From Candidatus Heimdallarchaeota archaeon (GTDB lineage: Archaea > Asgardarchaeota > Heimdallarchaeia > Hodarchaeales > Hodarchaeaceae): a stretch of DNA of 64,000 nucleotides. Position 1 is the stretch's first letter; each line of letters starts with the position of its first letter. Below the pieces are notes generated by a model that was not told the origin of the DNA, ran no database searches, and worked only from the letters and a program-made list of their open reading frames with translations. The stretch spans positions 208,930-272,929 of the forward strand of contig RDOB01000003.1 of assembly GCA_011364965.1 (NCBI GenBank). The letters are read 5' to 3'. Positions 49,682 through 59,009 of this stretch are shown here, one piece after another. A program made the position numbers and the translations under genes.

Positions 49682-50425
49682 TTAGTTTTTACTAAATGCA
49701 TTGGAGTAAAACTCATCGAATGAATTGAAATCCCCTTTTAGTATTCCATTATCAAGGTATAAAATACGATCTGCACTTTTCATCATCTCAAAGTCATGAG
49801 TAATCACAATGACAGTTCGATTTTCTTTAAAGGAGCGGATGAGTTTTATCATCCTTGGTTTCGACCAAGGGTCAATTCCTATAGTTGGTTCATCAAGAAT
49901 AATTATCTCAGGACTCATTGCAAGTATCCCTGCAAATGCAACCTTTTTTTTCTCCCCAAAAGACAAATTAAAAGTGATTCTATCCTTCAATTCTGTAATT
50001 TGTACCTCTTCCAAAGCTTTATCCACTCTCTCCTTGATTTGTTCTTTTGTAAGTTTCATATTTCGGGGACCAAACGCAACATCCTCACTAACACGGGGAT
50101 AAAAGATCTGTTCATCAGGATTTTGAAACACTACTCCGATTATTTTTTGGATAGTTTTTTTTGTTCTCTGGGAAACTGAAAACTCTTTTATGACTACTTC
50201 TCCACTTTGAGGTAATATTAAACCATTCAAGTGTTTGATAAGTGTTGTTTTTCCAGAACCATTTGGACCAGCGATTACAGTCAAATTATTTTGTTCTACA
50301 TTGAAAGATATGTTTTTTAATACCACAGGTGACTTTTTTGAGTATCGAAAAGAGAGATTTTTTACCTTTAATATAATCGAATTAGCAGACGATTGAATGG
50401 ATGGTTTTCCTATTGAACTCATCAT
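49682..50425 (-). CDS. cbiO: ECF transporter ATPase (CbiO/NikO)
   Basis: GPNGSGKT, FQNPDEQ, DVAFGPRN, LSFGEKK, LDEPT. Confidence 0.92.
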   Translation of the reverse strand: MMSSIGKPSIQSSANSIILKVKNLSFRYSKKSPVVLKNISFNVEQNNLTVIAGPNGSGKTTLIKHLNGLILPQSGEVVIKEFSVSQRTKKTIQKIIGVVFQNPDEQIFYPRVSEDVAFGPRNMKLTKEQIKERVDKALEEVQITELKDRITFNLSFGEKKKVAFAGILAMSPEIIILDEPTIGIDPWSKPRMIKLIRSFKENRTVIVITHDFEMMKSADRILYLDNGILKGDFNSFDEFYSNAFSKN

Positions 50426-50444
50426 TCCAACTCCGATTTTTCCA

Positions 50445-51215
50445 TTATTTAATTATTAGTGTCGTTGAAATTAATATCAGGGTAAGTAACATTAACAAAC
50501 ATCCATGAAGTGTCCACGGTTGTTCAGGATGTGACATTTTTGAGCTACTAGAGAACCCTCTAGCAGCTAAAGTAGCAGATACATATTCTGCTCTTCTAAA
50601 TGAACGTGCAAGTACAGAGCCAATTATATTTCCAAGTATTTTTAGAGAAGAAAATGACATCTTCGTTGGTGTACCATAAAGACGATTTGAACGTGCCTCA
50701 AGGATTCGGCGAAATTCTTCCTCCATTAGGAAAAGAAATCTATACGTTAAAAATGTGAGATTTGTCAATAAATCAGGCATACGTAAGTCATCAAGTCCAT
50801 ATATGATTTCAAAGAAGGATTCCTCTGAATGAATCATCATCAGGACGAATGATACAATTAGAAGACTACGAAATCCAGAGAAAACTGCGAAACTTAAATT
50901 ATTATGAGTAGTACTAAAGAAAAAAGTTCGATATAAAATTGGAGCAGAGCTAAAGGAAAAAAAAGATATAAGAGTCAAAGATAGGATGATTGGTAATGAG
51001 AGGAGTAAATATTTAATGAAAGAAGGTTTAGGGCGTAATAAGATCGTGTATACTAGAAAAATAAATGAGAAACATAATAATTGATAAAAATTCACTAAAA
51101 AGGAACAGATAAGCACAATCATAAAAATAGACAATATCTTACTTCTTACATCTATTTTTTGGTCGATCTTCTCCCCATTGATTTTATAATGGGGATGTGT
51201 ACGCGTACTATGCAT
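50445..51215 (-). CDS. cbiQ: ECF transmembrane component T (CbiQ/NikQ)
   Basis: DVRSK, TYRFL, ARS and ARG coupling motifs. Confidence 0.9.
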   Translation of the reverse strand: MHSTRTHPHYKINGEKIDQKIDVRSKILSIFMIVLICSFLVNFYQLLCFSFIFLVYTILLRPKPSFIKYLLLSLPIILSLTLISFFSFSSAPILYRTFFFSTTHNNLSFAVFSGFRSLLIVSFVLMMIHSEESFFEIIYGLDDLRMPDLLTNLTFLTYRFLFLMEEEFRRILEARSNRLYGTPTKMSFSSLKILGNIIGSVLARSFRRAEYVSATLAARGFSSSSKMSHPEQPWTLHGCLLMLLTLILISTTLIIK

Positions 51216-51246
51216 TTAATCCTACCTGAGGAATTTAATATCTCTT

Positions 51247-51558
51247 TCAAGATTGAATTTCTGCTTTTCTACGCTTTGCTATAATTAAGGGAAGTGAAAA
51301 AATACCTATGACTAGTAGAACGCCTACTAATCCTGAAATGATTGTAGAAAGAGAGCTGTTCCCAATAAAGTGGTATAAAAGAGAATCCTCATTGCCATAA
51401 TCGGTGAAAAAACCCAAATCAAACGATTGACCTTCAGGAGTAATATCTCCAACAGCTTTTTCTAAACCATCGGGATTGGGATCAGCAAATGGACTTAATA
51501 AGAGAAATAGACCAATTATTACCGCTACACCAATAATTAGTTTAGATGTTAATTGCAT
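51247..51558 (-). CDS. PDGLE-domain (NikN-like) component
   Basis: SPFADPNPDGLEK; two TM helices; start moved to ATG 51558. Confidence 0.87.
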   Translation of the reverse strand: MQLTSKLIIGVAVIIGLFLLLSPFADPNPDGLEKAVGDITPEGQSFDLGFFTDYGNEDSLLYHFIGNSSLSTIISGLVGVLLVIGIFSLPLIIAKRRKAEIQS

Positions 51559-51559
51559 T

Positions 51560-52249
51560 TCATGTCCTACCTTTCTCTGAAAATTCAAAAGTTGGATTCT
51601 CGATTTCCAAGAACACATTCATGTCGATGGAATAAAAATAGTAGACAATAGCCATAGTTATGACTCCCTCACCTATTCCAATGAGAATATGATAAAATAA
51701 AATCGTTGGCAAGGCTATAGTAAATGATACATTTGTAGTCGAATTTAGAATAGGGATTCCGATTTCAATGGCTGCACAGATCGAGGCGATCACAACTGAG
51801 AAGAAAGCACCTAAAAAGACTCCAGTAAAGAATTGAATCCTGTTTTGGTCTGGCGTACGATTCCGAATCACTAATCGGAGAATTATATATCCGGTGAATA
51901 CGCTAATAATTGCTAGATTATATATATTTGCTCCTAATGCAATAATTCCTCCATCACCGAATGCTAATGCTTGAATTAGGAGTACAACCGTAATTACTAA
52001 AACAGCTCCCCATGGTCCGACAATTCCAGCAGCTAGGACACCACCCAAGAGATGCCCAGATGTACCACCTACTATCGGAAAGTTTAGCATTTGAGCAGCA
52101 AAAATCGTTCCACCTAATACCGCCATATATGCTAAACGGGTTTCATCAATGTCACGCATTTTATATAAACTAATACTGATAATTATTATCGAAACTAACC
52201 AAGTAATAATAAGGAATGCAGGATCTATCCATCCATCAGGAATGTGCAA
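51560..52249 (-). CDS. cbiM: ECF Ni/Co substrate component (CbiM/NikM)
   Basis: TTG at 52249 with GAGGT RBS gives the MHIPDG metal-binding N-terminus; FAAQMLNFP, GTSGH, QALAFGDGG, GIGEG. Confidence 0.92.
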   Translation of the reverse strand: MHIPDGWIDPAFLIITWLVSIIIISISLYKMRDIDETRLAYMAVLGGTIFAAQMLNFPIVGGTSGHLLGGVLAAGIVGPWGAVLVITVVLLIQALAFGDGGIIALGANIYNLAIISVFTGYIILRLVIRNRTPDQNRIQFFTGVFLGAFFSVVIASICAAIEIGIPILNSTTNVSFTIALPTILFYHILIGIGEGVITMAIVYYFYSIDMNVFLEIENPTFEFSEKGRT

Positions 52250-52375
52250 ACTAATACCTCTTAGAATAAGATTGAAAATTGTTGTTACAAATACATATAT
52301 TCTGTGAGACAGCTTATTCTTATATGTTTTCACATTGGCTTTGCATCCTTTTGCAATAAGAATTGTTATTATATC

Positions 52376-52408
52376 TTGAATCTACTCTTGAGAGCGAAGT
52401 AGATTCGA
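52376..52408. other. Intergenic stem-loop
   Basis: GAATCTACT (52378-52386) pairs with AGTAGATTC (52398-52406), between the acdA stop and the cbiM promoter. Confidence 0.4.
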
Positions 52409-52500
52409 CTCTTAATGGAGATACATTATGTGCTAGAAAGAAGTATTTCATTTTATTAATGGCTATATGCTATAAATAATAAAATCTTGTATTAACCAAC

Positions 52501-53943
52501 TCAAATTCTGTGATTATGACCATAATCGACCAATGCTTTCATTGCTCGGACAGTCATATCAGGAAATTTAAATATCGCAATATTATTTCGTTGCAAGTAT
52601 TCTAATGCTTCGTCCGCGGTATCTAAACAGCTGATAACAACAGGGATTTGATTCTCATGAATCCAATCAACAAAATTAGCTAGCGATTCCTCTAGCAGGT
52701 AATCCATAGCCTCAATTGGAAATTTATCAGCAAATTTATTTTTTCCAAATTCTAAGGTTCGTTTCATCATACTTGAGCCAAAAAGACCATAGAAAATAAG
52801 TGCATCAACCTCATCAGATTCCCAAACCAATTTTGGCACATCTTGATAAAATAAATTAAACTGAAGGTCAAATGTTAAATCAATTGGATTATTTGATGAA
52901 GCAACAGCAGGAATGATTGGTTTAAGTTTATTTTGCAATTCTGGAGAAAACTGCGGAACCAGTAATCCATGTTTTTCACAGCTATCAGCTAGAGCGACTG
53001 CAGGCCCTCCTGAATTGGTTATCAATCCAATCCGATTACTTTTTGGTATATAAGCCATAGAAAAGGCATGAATATATTCATATAACTCTTCCATGTTTTG
53101 GGCTTGTATTGCTTTAGATTGCTTGATGATTGTTTTGTAAACAGAAGGATTTCCCCCCAAGGAAGCGGTGTGAGACATTCCTGCTCTTGCTCCTGCTTTA
53201 GTTCCTCCAACATAATTGATAACTACAGGTTTCTCTTTAGTAAGCTCATTTAATGCTTTAACGAATCTAGCTCCATCTCTCTTGACTCCCTCAATATAAC
53301 ATCCCACTACTTTTGTTTGAGGATCATCCTTGAAATAAGTGAAACATTCAGCTATATCTATATCTACCTCATTACCCACAGATATAGCTTTACCCAACCG
53401 GATACCTCTTCGCTCAGCCCATATCAATATCTGTGAAATCCAAGAGCCTGATTGGCTTACCATTGAAATATTCGCATTTCCTGATGTTACTTCGAATGGA
53501 AACCATGTACAATTTAGAATTCCTTGTTCACAATGATGATTAATGACTCCAATACAATTAGGGCCAATAATTCGCATTTTATACCGTTTAGCGAGTTCCA
53601 ATAAAGCTTCTTGATCCTCTTGTTTACCTACTTCACTAAATCCTGCAGAGACAATGATAAGATAAGGTATTCCCATCTTTCCTGCCCTTTCGACATAATC
53701 TTTAACCAATCTAGTAGGTAAGACTATAATCAATAAATCAGGTATTTCAGGAAGATCTTCTAAACTTTGGTATGCAGGTAGATCAAGAACTAATTTCTCT
53801 TTAGGATGAATGGGATAGACCTTACCCTTATAACGGCTTAATAAGACGTATAATTGACCCGTTCCCATAGTTAGAATATTGTTGGATGCACCTAAGAAAG
53901 CAACTGATCTTGGATTTAATAATTCGTTTAGAAAATGTGTCAT
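52501..53943 (-). CDS. acdA: Acetate/acyl-CoA ligase (ADP-forming) alpha subunit
   Basis: LNPRSVAFLGAS, IIGPNCIG, SQSG, SVGNE, SHTASLGG, TNSGG, NPIDLT; start moved to ATG 53943. Confidence 0.88.
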   Translation of the reverse strand: MTHFLNELLNPRSVAFLGASNNILTMGTGQLYVLLSRYKGKVYPIHPKEKLVLDLPAYQSLEDLPEIPDLLIIVLPTRLVKDYVERAGKMGIPYLIIVSAGFSEVGKQEDQEALLELAKRYKMRIIGPNCIGVINHHCEQGILNCTWFPFEVTSGNANISMVSQSGSWISQILIWAERRGIRLGKAISVGNEVDIDIAECFTYFKDDPQTKVVGCYIEGVKRDGARFVKALNELTKEKPVVINYVGGTKAGARAGMSHTASLGGNPSVYKTIIKQSKAIQAQNMEELYEYIHAFSMAYIPKSNRIGLITNSGGPAVALADSCEKHGLLVPQFSPELQNKLKPIIPAVASSNNPIDLTFDLQFNLFYQDVPKLVWESDEVDALIFYGLFGSSMMKRTLEFGKNKFADKFPIEAMDYLLEESLANFVDWIHENQIPVVISCLDTADEALEYLQRNNIAIFKFPDMTVRAMKALVDYGHNHRI

Positions 53944-54181
53944 AATTCTCTCTTCATGAACTCCCCTTCTCCCTGTTAAATATCTTGAGTAGAGAAAATT
54001 TAGATACAATGTGAGATTTGAATTGGTAGGAAAAATATAATAATACGCTTACATACCTTTTATGAGAAAAATCAAAAGATTACATTCTCTCATTGGCTTG
54101 TTTCTTGACAGAGCTAGAAAAATCCTCTATGAATTCGATTTATTCAAATAGTACCCTAAAAATCCAAAGAATGAGGATCAG

Positions 54182-54763
54182 ATGACCAAGAATAATTTAA
54201 TCAGGTGCGAGTGGGCCGGAAATGACCCCTTAATGATTTCATATCATGATAAGGAATGGGGAGTTCCCGTCCACGATGATAGAGAGTTATTTGAATTTCT
54301 AATATTAGAAGGAGCCCAAGCAGGACTCAGTTGGGCAACAATTTTGGCTCGTAGGGAAGGATATCGCCGAGTTTTTGCTAATTTTGATGTACAAAAAGTA
54401 GCTAACTTCTCTGAAACAGATTTTGAGCGCATTACTCAGGATCCTGGAGTAATTCGTAATAAATTAAAGGTTAAAAGTGCTATAAACAACTCTAAGAGAT
54501 TCATCGACATTCAGAAAGAATTTGGATCTTTTAATAATTACCTTTGGAGTTTTACTGATCATAAAGCCATTCATAATTCCTTCAATTCAGTAAGTGAGTT
54601 ACCAACGCAAACTGAATTGTCAATTCTAATTAGTAAAGATATGAAGAAACGTAAATTTACCTTTGTTGGCCCAACAATTTGCTATGCTTATATACAATCC
54701 ATTGGAATAGTAAACGATCATATAATACATTGTTTTCGCTACACTGAGATTAAGAACCTTTGA
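54182..54763 (+). CDS. tag: DNA-3-methyladenine glycosylase I
   Basis: RCEWA, YHDKEWG, LEGAQAGLSW, FVGPTICY, NDH...C. Confidence 0.96.
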   Translation: MTKNNLIRCEWAGNDPLMISYHDKEWGVPVHDDRELFEFLILEGAQAGLSWATILARREGYRRVFANFDVQKVANFSETDFERITQDPGVIRNKLKVKSAINNSKRFIDIQKEFGSFNNYLWSFTDHKAIHNSFNSVSELPTQTELSILISKDMKKRKFTFVGPTICYAYIQSIGIVNDHIIHCFRYTEIKNL

Positions 54764-54912
54764 TCACCTTACGATTGTTTAAGATTTCTATTCCATTGGT
54801 AATTAAGCGATATTAATATAAATAATTCTTAATATCCATCTTTTATTGGCTAAAAAAGCTTCATAAGGTGGTTCTCCTTTCTCTATCCTCATTTTATAGA
54901 CCATATTGGTGA

Positions 54913-56304
54913 ATGATCTTGTTAAAAGTCAGCGAAAAAATTTCATATGCAATTCTTCGGTTTGGTACAAGCGTAACGATGGATTTAGCGGATTTATTTA
55001 CTGGATTTGTATACTATTTGTTTTTTGGACTTTCAGAAGATCCCTTTCTTGCTTTTCTCGGGGTAGCAATAGGAAAATTAGTCATTGGGATTACCTGTTA
55101 TCTTTCAGGTTATCTTTCTGATCGAACCCAAACTCGAATAGGAAGACGAAAGCCATTTGTTGTAATTGGGATGCCTATTTTAGCAATTGCCTTTTTCTTA
55201 CTTTATAATCCACATTTAATATTACCTGCAAATAGTACTGAGATCATGATATTCGGATATTTGCTTTTTTTCAATTCCGTTTATCAAGCAGCTTATGGAT
55301 TTCTAATTATTCCTTATCAAGCTGTTCTTCCAGAGATCACACAGAACGATGAAGAACGACTAGTAGTAAGTGGATATCAAAACACTTTTAACATATTTGC
55401 TTTCATTCTAGGAGCTGGAACCTCCTTTTTGTTACCAGTAATTCTAGGTACAAATGAAAACTATTCACTCGCTGATCTTTTTTCACCAAATGACGTACTT
55501 CCATTCTTGACTGATGGGCAAGTAATGACACTGGTAGTGCTAATATTTGCTTTAATTCCAATACTAACTTCCATCCCGTTTTTATTCAAAGTCAGAGAAA
55601 AGAAAGAAATATTAATCACTCAGCCTACGTTTAAAGAAGAACTTAATGTAGCTTTGATGAACCGAAACTTCTTAGCTTGGACTATTTCAAGATCTGTACT
55701 TCAAATTTCAGTAGCAGGCCTTATCGGAATTATGTTAGCTTGGATTGAAGAAGTTTTGGGACTTGGAGACACTGGGTATATATTATTTGGTGGTACTCTT
55801 CTAATATTCATTTTAATTGGATTCGGAGCATGGGTACGAATTGGAAATAATCCTAAATTTGGGAAAACAAAGAGTTTTATCTATTCTATGTCTAGTCTTG
55901 CAATAATTATGTTAGGATTTGCGATAGTAGGGCAAATTGAATTACAAATTCCTATCCTCTTTCAAGCATTGATTATTGCTATATTAGGGGCATTAGCGAT
56001 ATCTTGCTTCTATTTACTCCCCTATGCTATAACTGGGGATATGGCTCAAGAAGACGAACTCAGGACAGGCCAAGGGCGTGCAGGATTATACTATGGTTTT
56101 GAGCTCATAGTAATGAACATAGCCCAAGTAATTGGATATTTGATGGTTGGAATATTATTGAGTCTTCCGAAAATTACAAATGCTATTGGAAATACCTTTT
56201 CGGTGGGATATCTTTACTTTGGCCCCCTTAGTTCTGTTATTATTATTATATCGGTATTAATTTTTTGGAGATACGTCAATGCTGACCCTCTTCGAAAGAA
56301 ATAA
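54913..56304 (+). CDS. MFS transporter (GPH/MelB-like)
   Basis: GYLSDRTQTRIGRRKPF, IPYQAVLPEI, RAGLYYG; about 12 TM helices. Confidence 0.9.
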   Translation: MILLKVSEKISYAILRFGTSVTMDLADLFTGFVYYLFFGLSEDPFLAFLGVAIGKLVIGITCYLSGYLSDRTQTRIGRRKPFVVIGMPILAIAFFLLYNPHLILPANSTEIMIFGYLLFFNSVYQAAYGFLIIPYQAVLPEITQNDEERLVVSGYQNTFNIFAFILGAGTSFLLPVILGTNENYSLADLFSPNDVLPFLTDGQVMTLVVLIFALIPILTSIPFLFKVREKKEILITQPTFKEELNVALMNRNFLAWTISRSVLQISVAGLIGIMLAWIEEVLGLGDTGYILFGGTLLIFILIGFGAWVRIGNNPKFGKTKSFIYSMSSLAIIMLGFAIVGQIELQIPILFQALIIAILGALAISCFYLLPYAITGDMAQEDELRTGQGRAGLYYGFELIVMNIAQVIGYLMVGILLSLPKITNAIGNTFSVGYLYFGPLSSVIIIISVLIFWRYVNADPLRKK

Positions 56305-56395
56305 GAAAAAAATTTTCATGGAAATATAAGGGAAGTCCATCAGCATATATTAATGACTTTTCCTTAAATTAGAAGTGAAATTACTGCATAATGGA

Positions 56396-56536
56396 TTAAC
56401 TATCGATAATATCGTCTAATTCAGTGTCAAAGAGACGAATGGTGCCATCATAATTTAAAAAAGCGAGGATATTAATAATATCAGGAATCTCTCCCGTAGC
56501 TTCAGGATGAGCTATATTATTCTGCACTTCGGTCAT
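56396..56536 (-). CDS. Possible small acidic protein (46 aa)
   Basis: MTEVQNNIAHPEATGEIPDIINILAFLNYDGTIRLFDTELDDIIDS*; stop-free, protein-like composition in a long spacer. Confidence 0.4.
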   Translation of the reverse strand: MTEVQNNIAHPEATGEIPDIINILAFLNYDGTIRLFDTELDDIIDS

Positions 56537-56649
56537 CAGAAATCCATCATTACTGTGAAATTTCTTTATTTATAAGCTTATCTTATTTCGTACTCCTGTG
56601 GTGGTACCCAAAATTTAGATTGAAATTATCAATTAGGGGAAGATTTTAG

Positions 56650-56680
56650 TCGGATTGAAAACGAGGATCGGATTGAAAAC
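56650..56680. repeat. 13-bp direct repeat (two copies, 18-bp period)
   Basis: TCGGATTGAAAAC at 56650-56662 and 56668-56680. Confidence 0.75.
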
Positions 56681-56926
56681 CTAGAAATTCAAACCTACCT
56701 TATTTTAAAGCGTAAAAAAAAGGCCTAAACTTGATATCTAAACCAACTATAGTTTAGTTATAATATTCAGCTGAATTACTCAAAAATAAATGTAAAATTT
56801 GTGGCCTAAATGCATAAGGTAGAAATTTTCAATATATAAGCTTTAGTTTCCTTAAAATAAACACAAATAAATTTAAAGACAAGTAAAAGAGAGTCAATTG
56901 TGCTATTAAAAAGGAAGAAAAACTGA

Positions 56927-57463
56927 ATGAAAGAGAGGGCTGATTTCAAGTACAAAGTAATTCTTGTTGGCGACGTCCGGGTGGGAAAAACCACATTAGT
57001 AAATCGTTTTGTGAACAAAACTTTTAATGCTGAATATTTAGCCACAATTGGGGTTCAAATTTACACCAAATGGATAAAGCAAGACCAAAAAACCATATTA
57101 TTGCAAATATGGGACATAGCAGGTCAAACAGCATTTAGACAATTTCGCAAACGTTTCTTTGCCGATTCACGAGGTGCATTCTTAGTATTTGATTTAACAG
57201 TGCCCGAAAGCTTAACTAACTTACATATTTCATGGTTAAAAGATATTGAAGAGATTACAGGTACAATTCCTTGTGTTCTTATTGGAAATAAATTGGATCT
57301 AGTTGACGCACGAAAAATCCGAGACAATGAAATCGAGGCATTCCTATCTCATCACTCTAATATTGGCACAAACTTAATAACATCAGCGTTAACTGGATTT
57401 AATGTTGAAGTAGCATTTCAAGAGTTAGTCAGTTTAATTGAACCAGAACTAAAAAAAGATTGA
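56927..57463 (+). CDS. Rab-like small GTPase (Ras superfamily)
   Basis: GDVRVGKT, YLATIGVQI, WDIAGQ, LVFDLT, GNKLD, TSALTG. Confidence 0.93.
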   Translation: MKERADFKYKVILVGDVRVGKTTLVNRFVNKTFNAEYLATIGVQIYTKWIKQDQKTILLQIWDIAGQTAFRQFRKRFFADSRGAFLVFDLTVPESLTNLHISWLKDIEEITGTIPCVLIGNKLDLVDARKIRDNEIEAFLSHHSNIGTNLITSALTGFNVEVAFQELVSLIEPELKKD

Positions 57464-57796
57464 ACATTATTGAACCAAAAAATCAGATTCATCAATAAAT
57501 CCAATTAAACGCCAAGAAAATTTCACACAATACTCCTAGCTAGTAACTGATGTACATGAAATGCATAAAAACTTCAAGGAAATTGCAGATGTTCTATATA
57601 ACATAAATACTATTGAGTTCAACCCAATCAACTTATGCAATAAAAATAATAGAGATTCTAAGCATATTAATTGAATTAGTATATATAATCTGACCCTAGC
57701 AGTCCAAGTCTGACATTCTTGTTCCTCTAAAATTAGGTATATATTAGGGTATATTTTCAATAATAAATGACTAAAGCATAATTTAGGAGATACAAA

Positions 57797-58933
57797 TTGC
57801 CATATTGTACTAATTGTGGGGCTTCTGTTCAGGAAGGGTCTATATTTTGTGAAATGTGTGGATTTAAACAAATCTTAGATGGAAAAAATGTGAGCTCAAA
57901 TTTGAACACGTCTCCATCGTACTCTAAAACTCCAATTTTTGTTTCTGATCGTAAACATAGAGTTAGGAGAACATCTACTGTTCCTAGAAGTCACTATCGT
58001 AGAAAATCCATGAAGCCAGTTTTTGCTGCTTTTCTATTTATAACAATCATGTTAGTAGCTTTTGGAGGAGTATTCGGGATTATCTATTTTTTTTCCACTC
58101 ATAATCCTACATATGAATATTTGGGAGAATTACCATCTGCAATGATTGAGAAGGATAAGATTGGTGATTATGTATTCATTCAGCTAGAAAATTCTGTAGG
58201 TTCAATAAGCCTAACAACAGATTCCTCCCTTGATTCAGCATTTCAGGGTCACATTCAGGTTTGGGGTTTAGGAGATGCGACGCTAAGTAATGCAAATCGG
58301 TTTGAAACTAGTACTATTGATAATTATACCACAATTACTTTTTCTAGCTCTTGGTACGACAGTGCGACTAATCCTTATACATATGAGCTTGAACTCCTCA
58401 TTTCTGAAGCGTTAAACCTTGAATTATCCATAGTAACATCAACAGGTGATCTCTATATTGATCTCTGGAATGAAACTTTAGAAATGTTTAAGATCAGTAC
58501 AAGTACAGGGTCTCAATATATTTCAATGGACAATATAATAATTGGAGGAGGAGCAAATCCAAGTCTTTTATGCTCTGTTGGGGAAATTAACCTCGATCTT
58601 ACTAATATTAGTTATTTATTACCTTCTAACACTTGGACTATTGACTCATCAACTGGAGCAGTAAATGTTGAAATCGTGCAAACCAACCTTGATATTAATA
58701 TATCTACTACTCGTACTTTTGATATCGATACGTCCTTAGGAGATATTACTGTTGATATTTTCCTTTCAGAAGATTATTCTTGCAGAGCGGTTGTTGATAC
58801 GTCTTTAGGGTCTGTAAATCTCCCAGGAAATGGTGAGGAGTACACAAGTGCCAATTATGGATCTGTAATTTGGGTTTTTCAATTTAATCTAGATACGTCG
58901 ATTGGAGACATTTATTTTCACCATGAATCTTAA
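57797..58933 (+). CDS. Zinc-ribbon + TM + DUF4097-like beta-repeat protein
   Basis: YCTNCG...FCEMCG; basic linker; one TM helix; repeated TS(T/L/I)G(D/S) units. Confidence 0.8.
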   Translation: MPYCTNCGASVQEGSIFCEMCGFKQILDGKNVSSNLNTSPSYSKTPIFVSDRKHRVRRTSTVPRSHYRRKSMKPVFAAFLFITIMLVAFGGVFGIIYFFSTHNPTYEYLGELPSAMIEKDKIGDYVFIQLENSVGSISLTTDSSLDSAFQGHIQVWGLGDATLSNANRFETSTIDNYTTITFSSSWYDSATNPYTYELELLISEALNLELSIVTSTGDLYIDLWNETLEMFKISTSTGSQYISMDNIIIGGGANPSLLCSVGEINLDLTNISYLLPSNTWTIDSSTGAVNVEIVQTNLDINISTTRTFDIDTSLGDITVDIFLSEDYSCRAVVDTSLGSVNLPGNGEEYTSANYGSVIWVFQFNLDTSIGDIYFHHES

Positions 58934-59009
58934 TATTTAAGGATGATTAATTCCCAATTTCGATATGAGACTTTGATGTTGTACCGAGTCTTCTACGGAG
59001 TTAATCACA

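Noticed and set aside
52281-52312. NikR operator upstream of cbiM
   Set aside because: Only weak dyad symmetry, which cannot be supported without comparative data.
56650-56680. Mini-CRISPR (ATTGAAA-like repeat end)
   Set aside because: Only two 13-bp units with a 5-bp spacer, and no cas genes.
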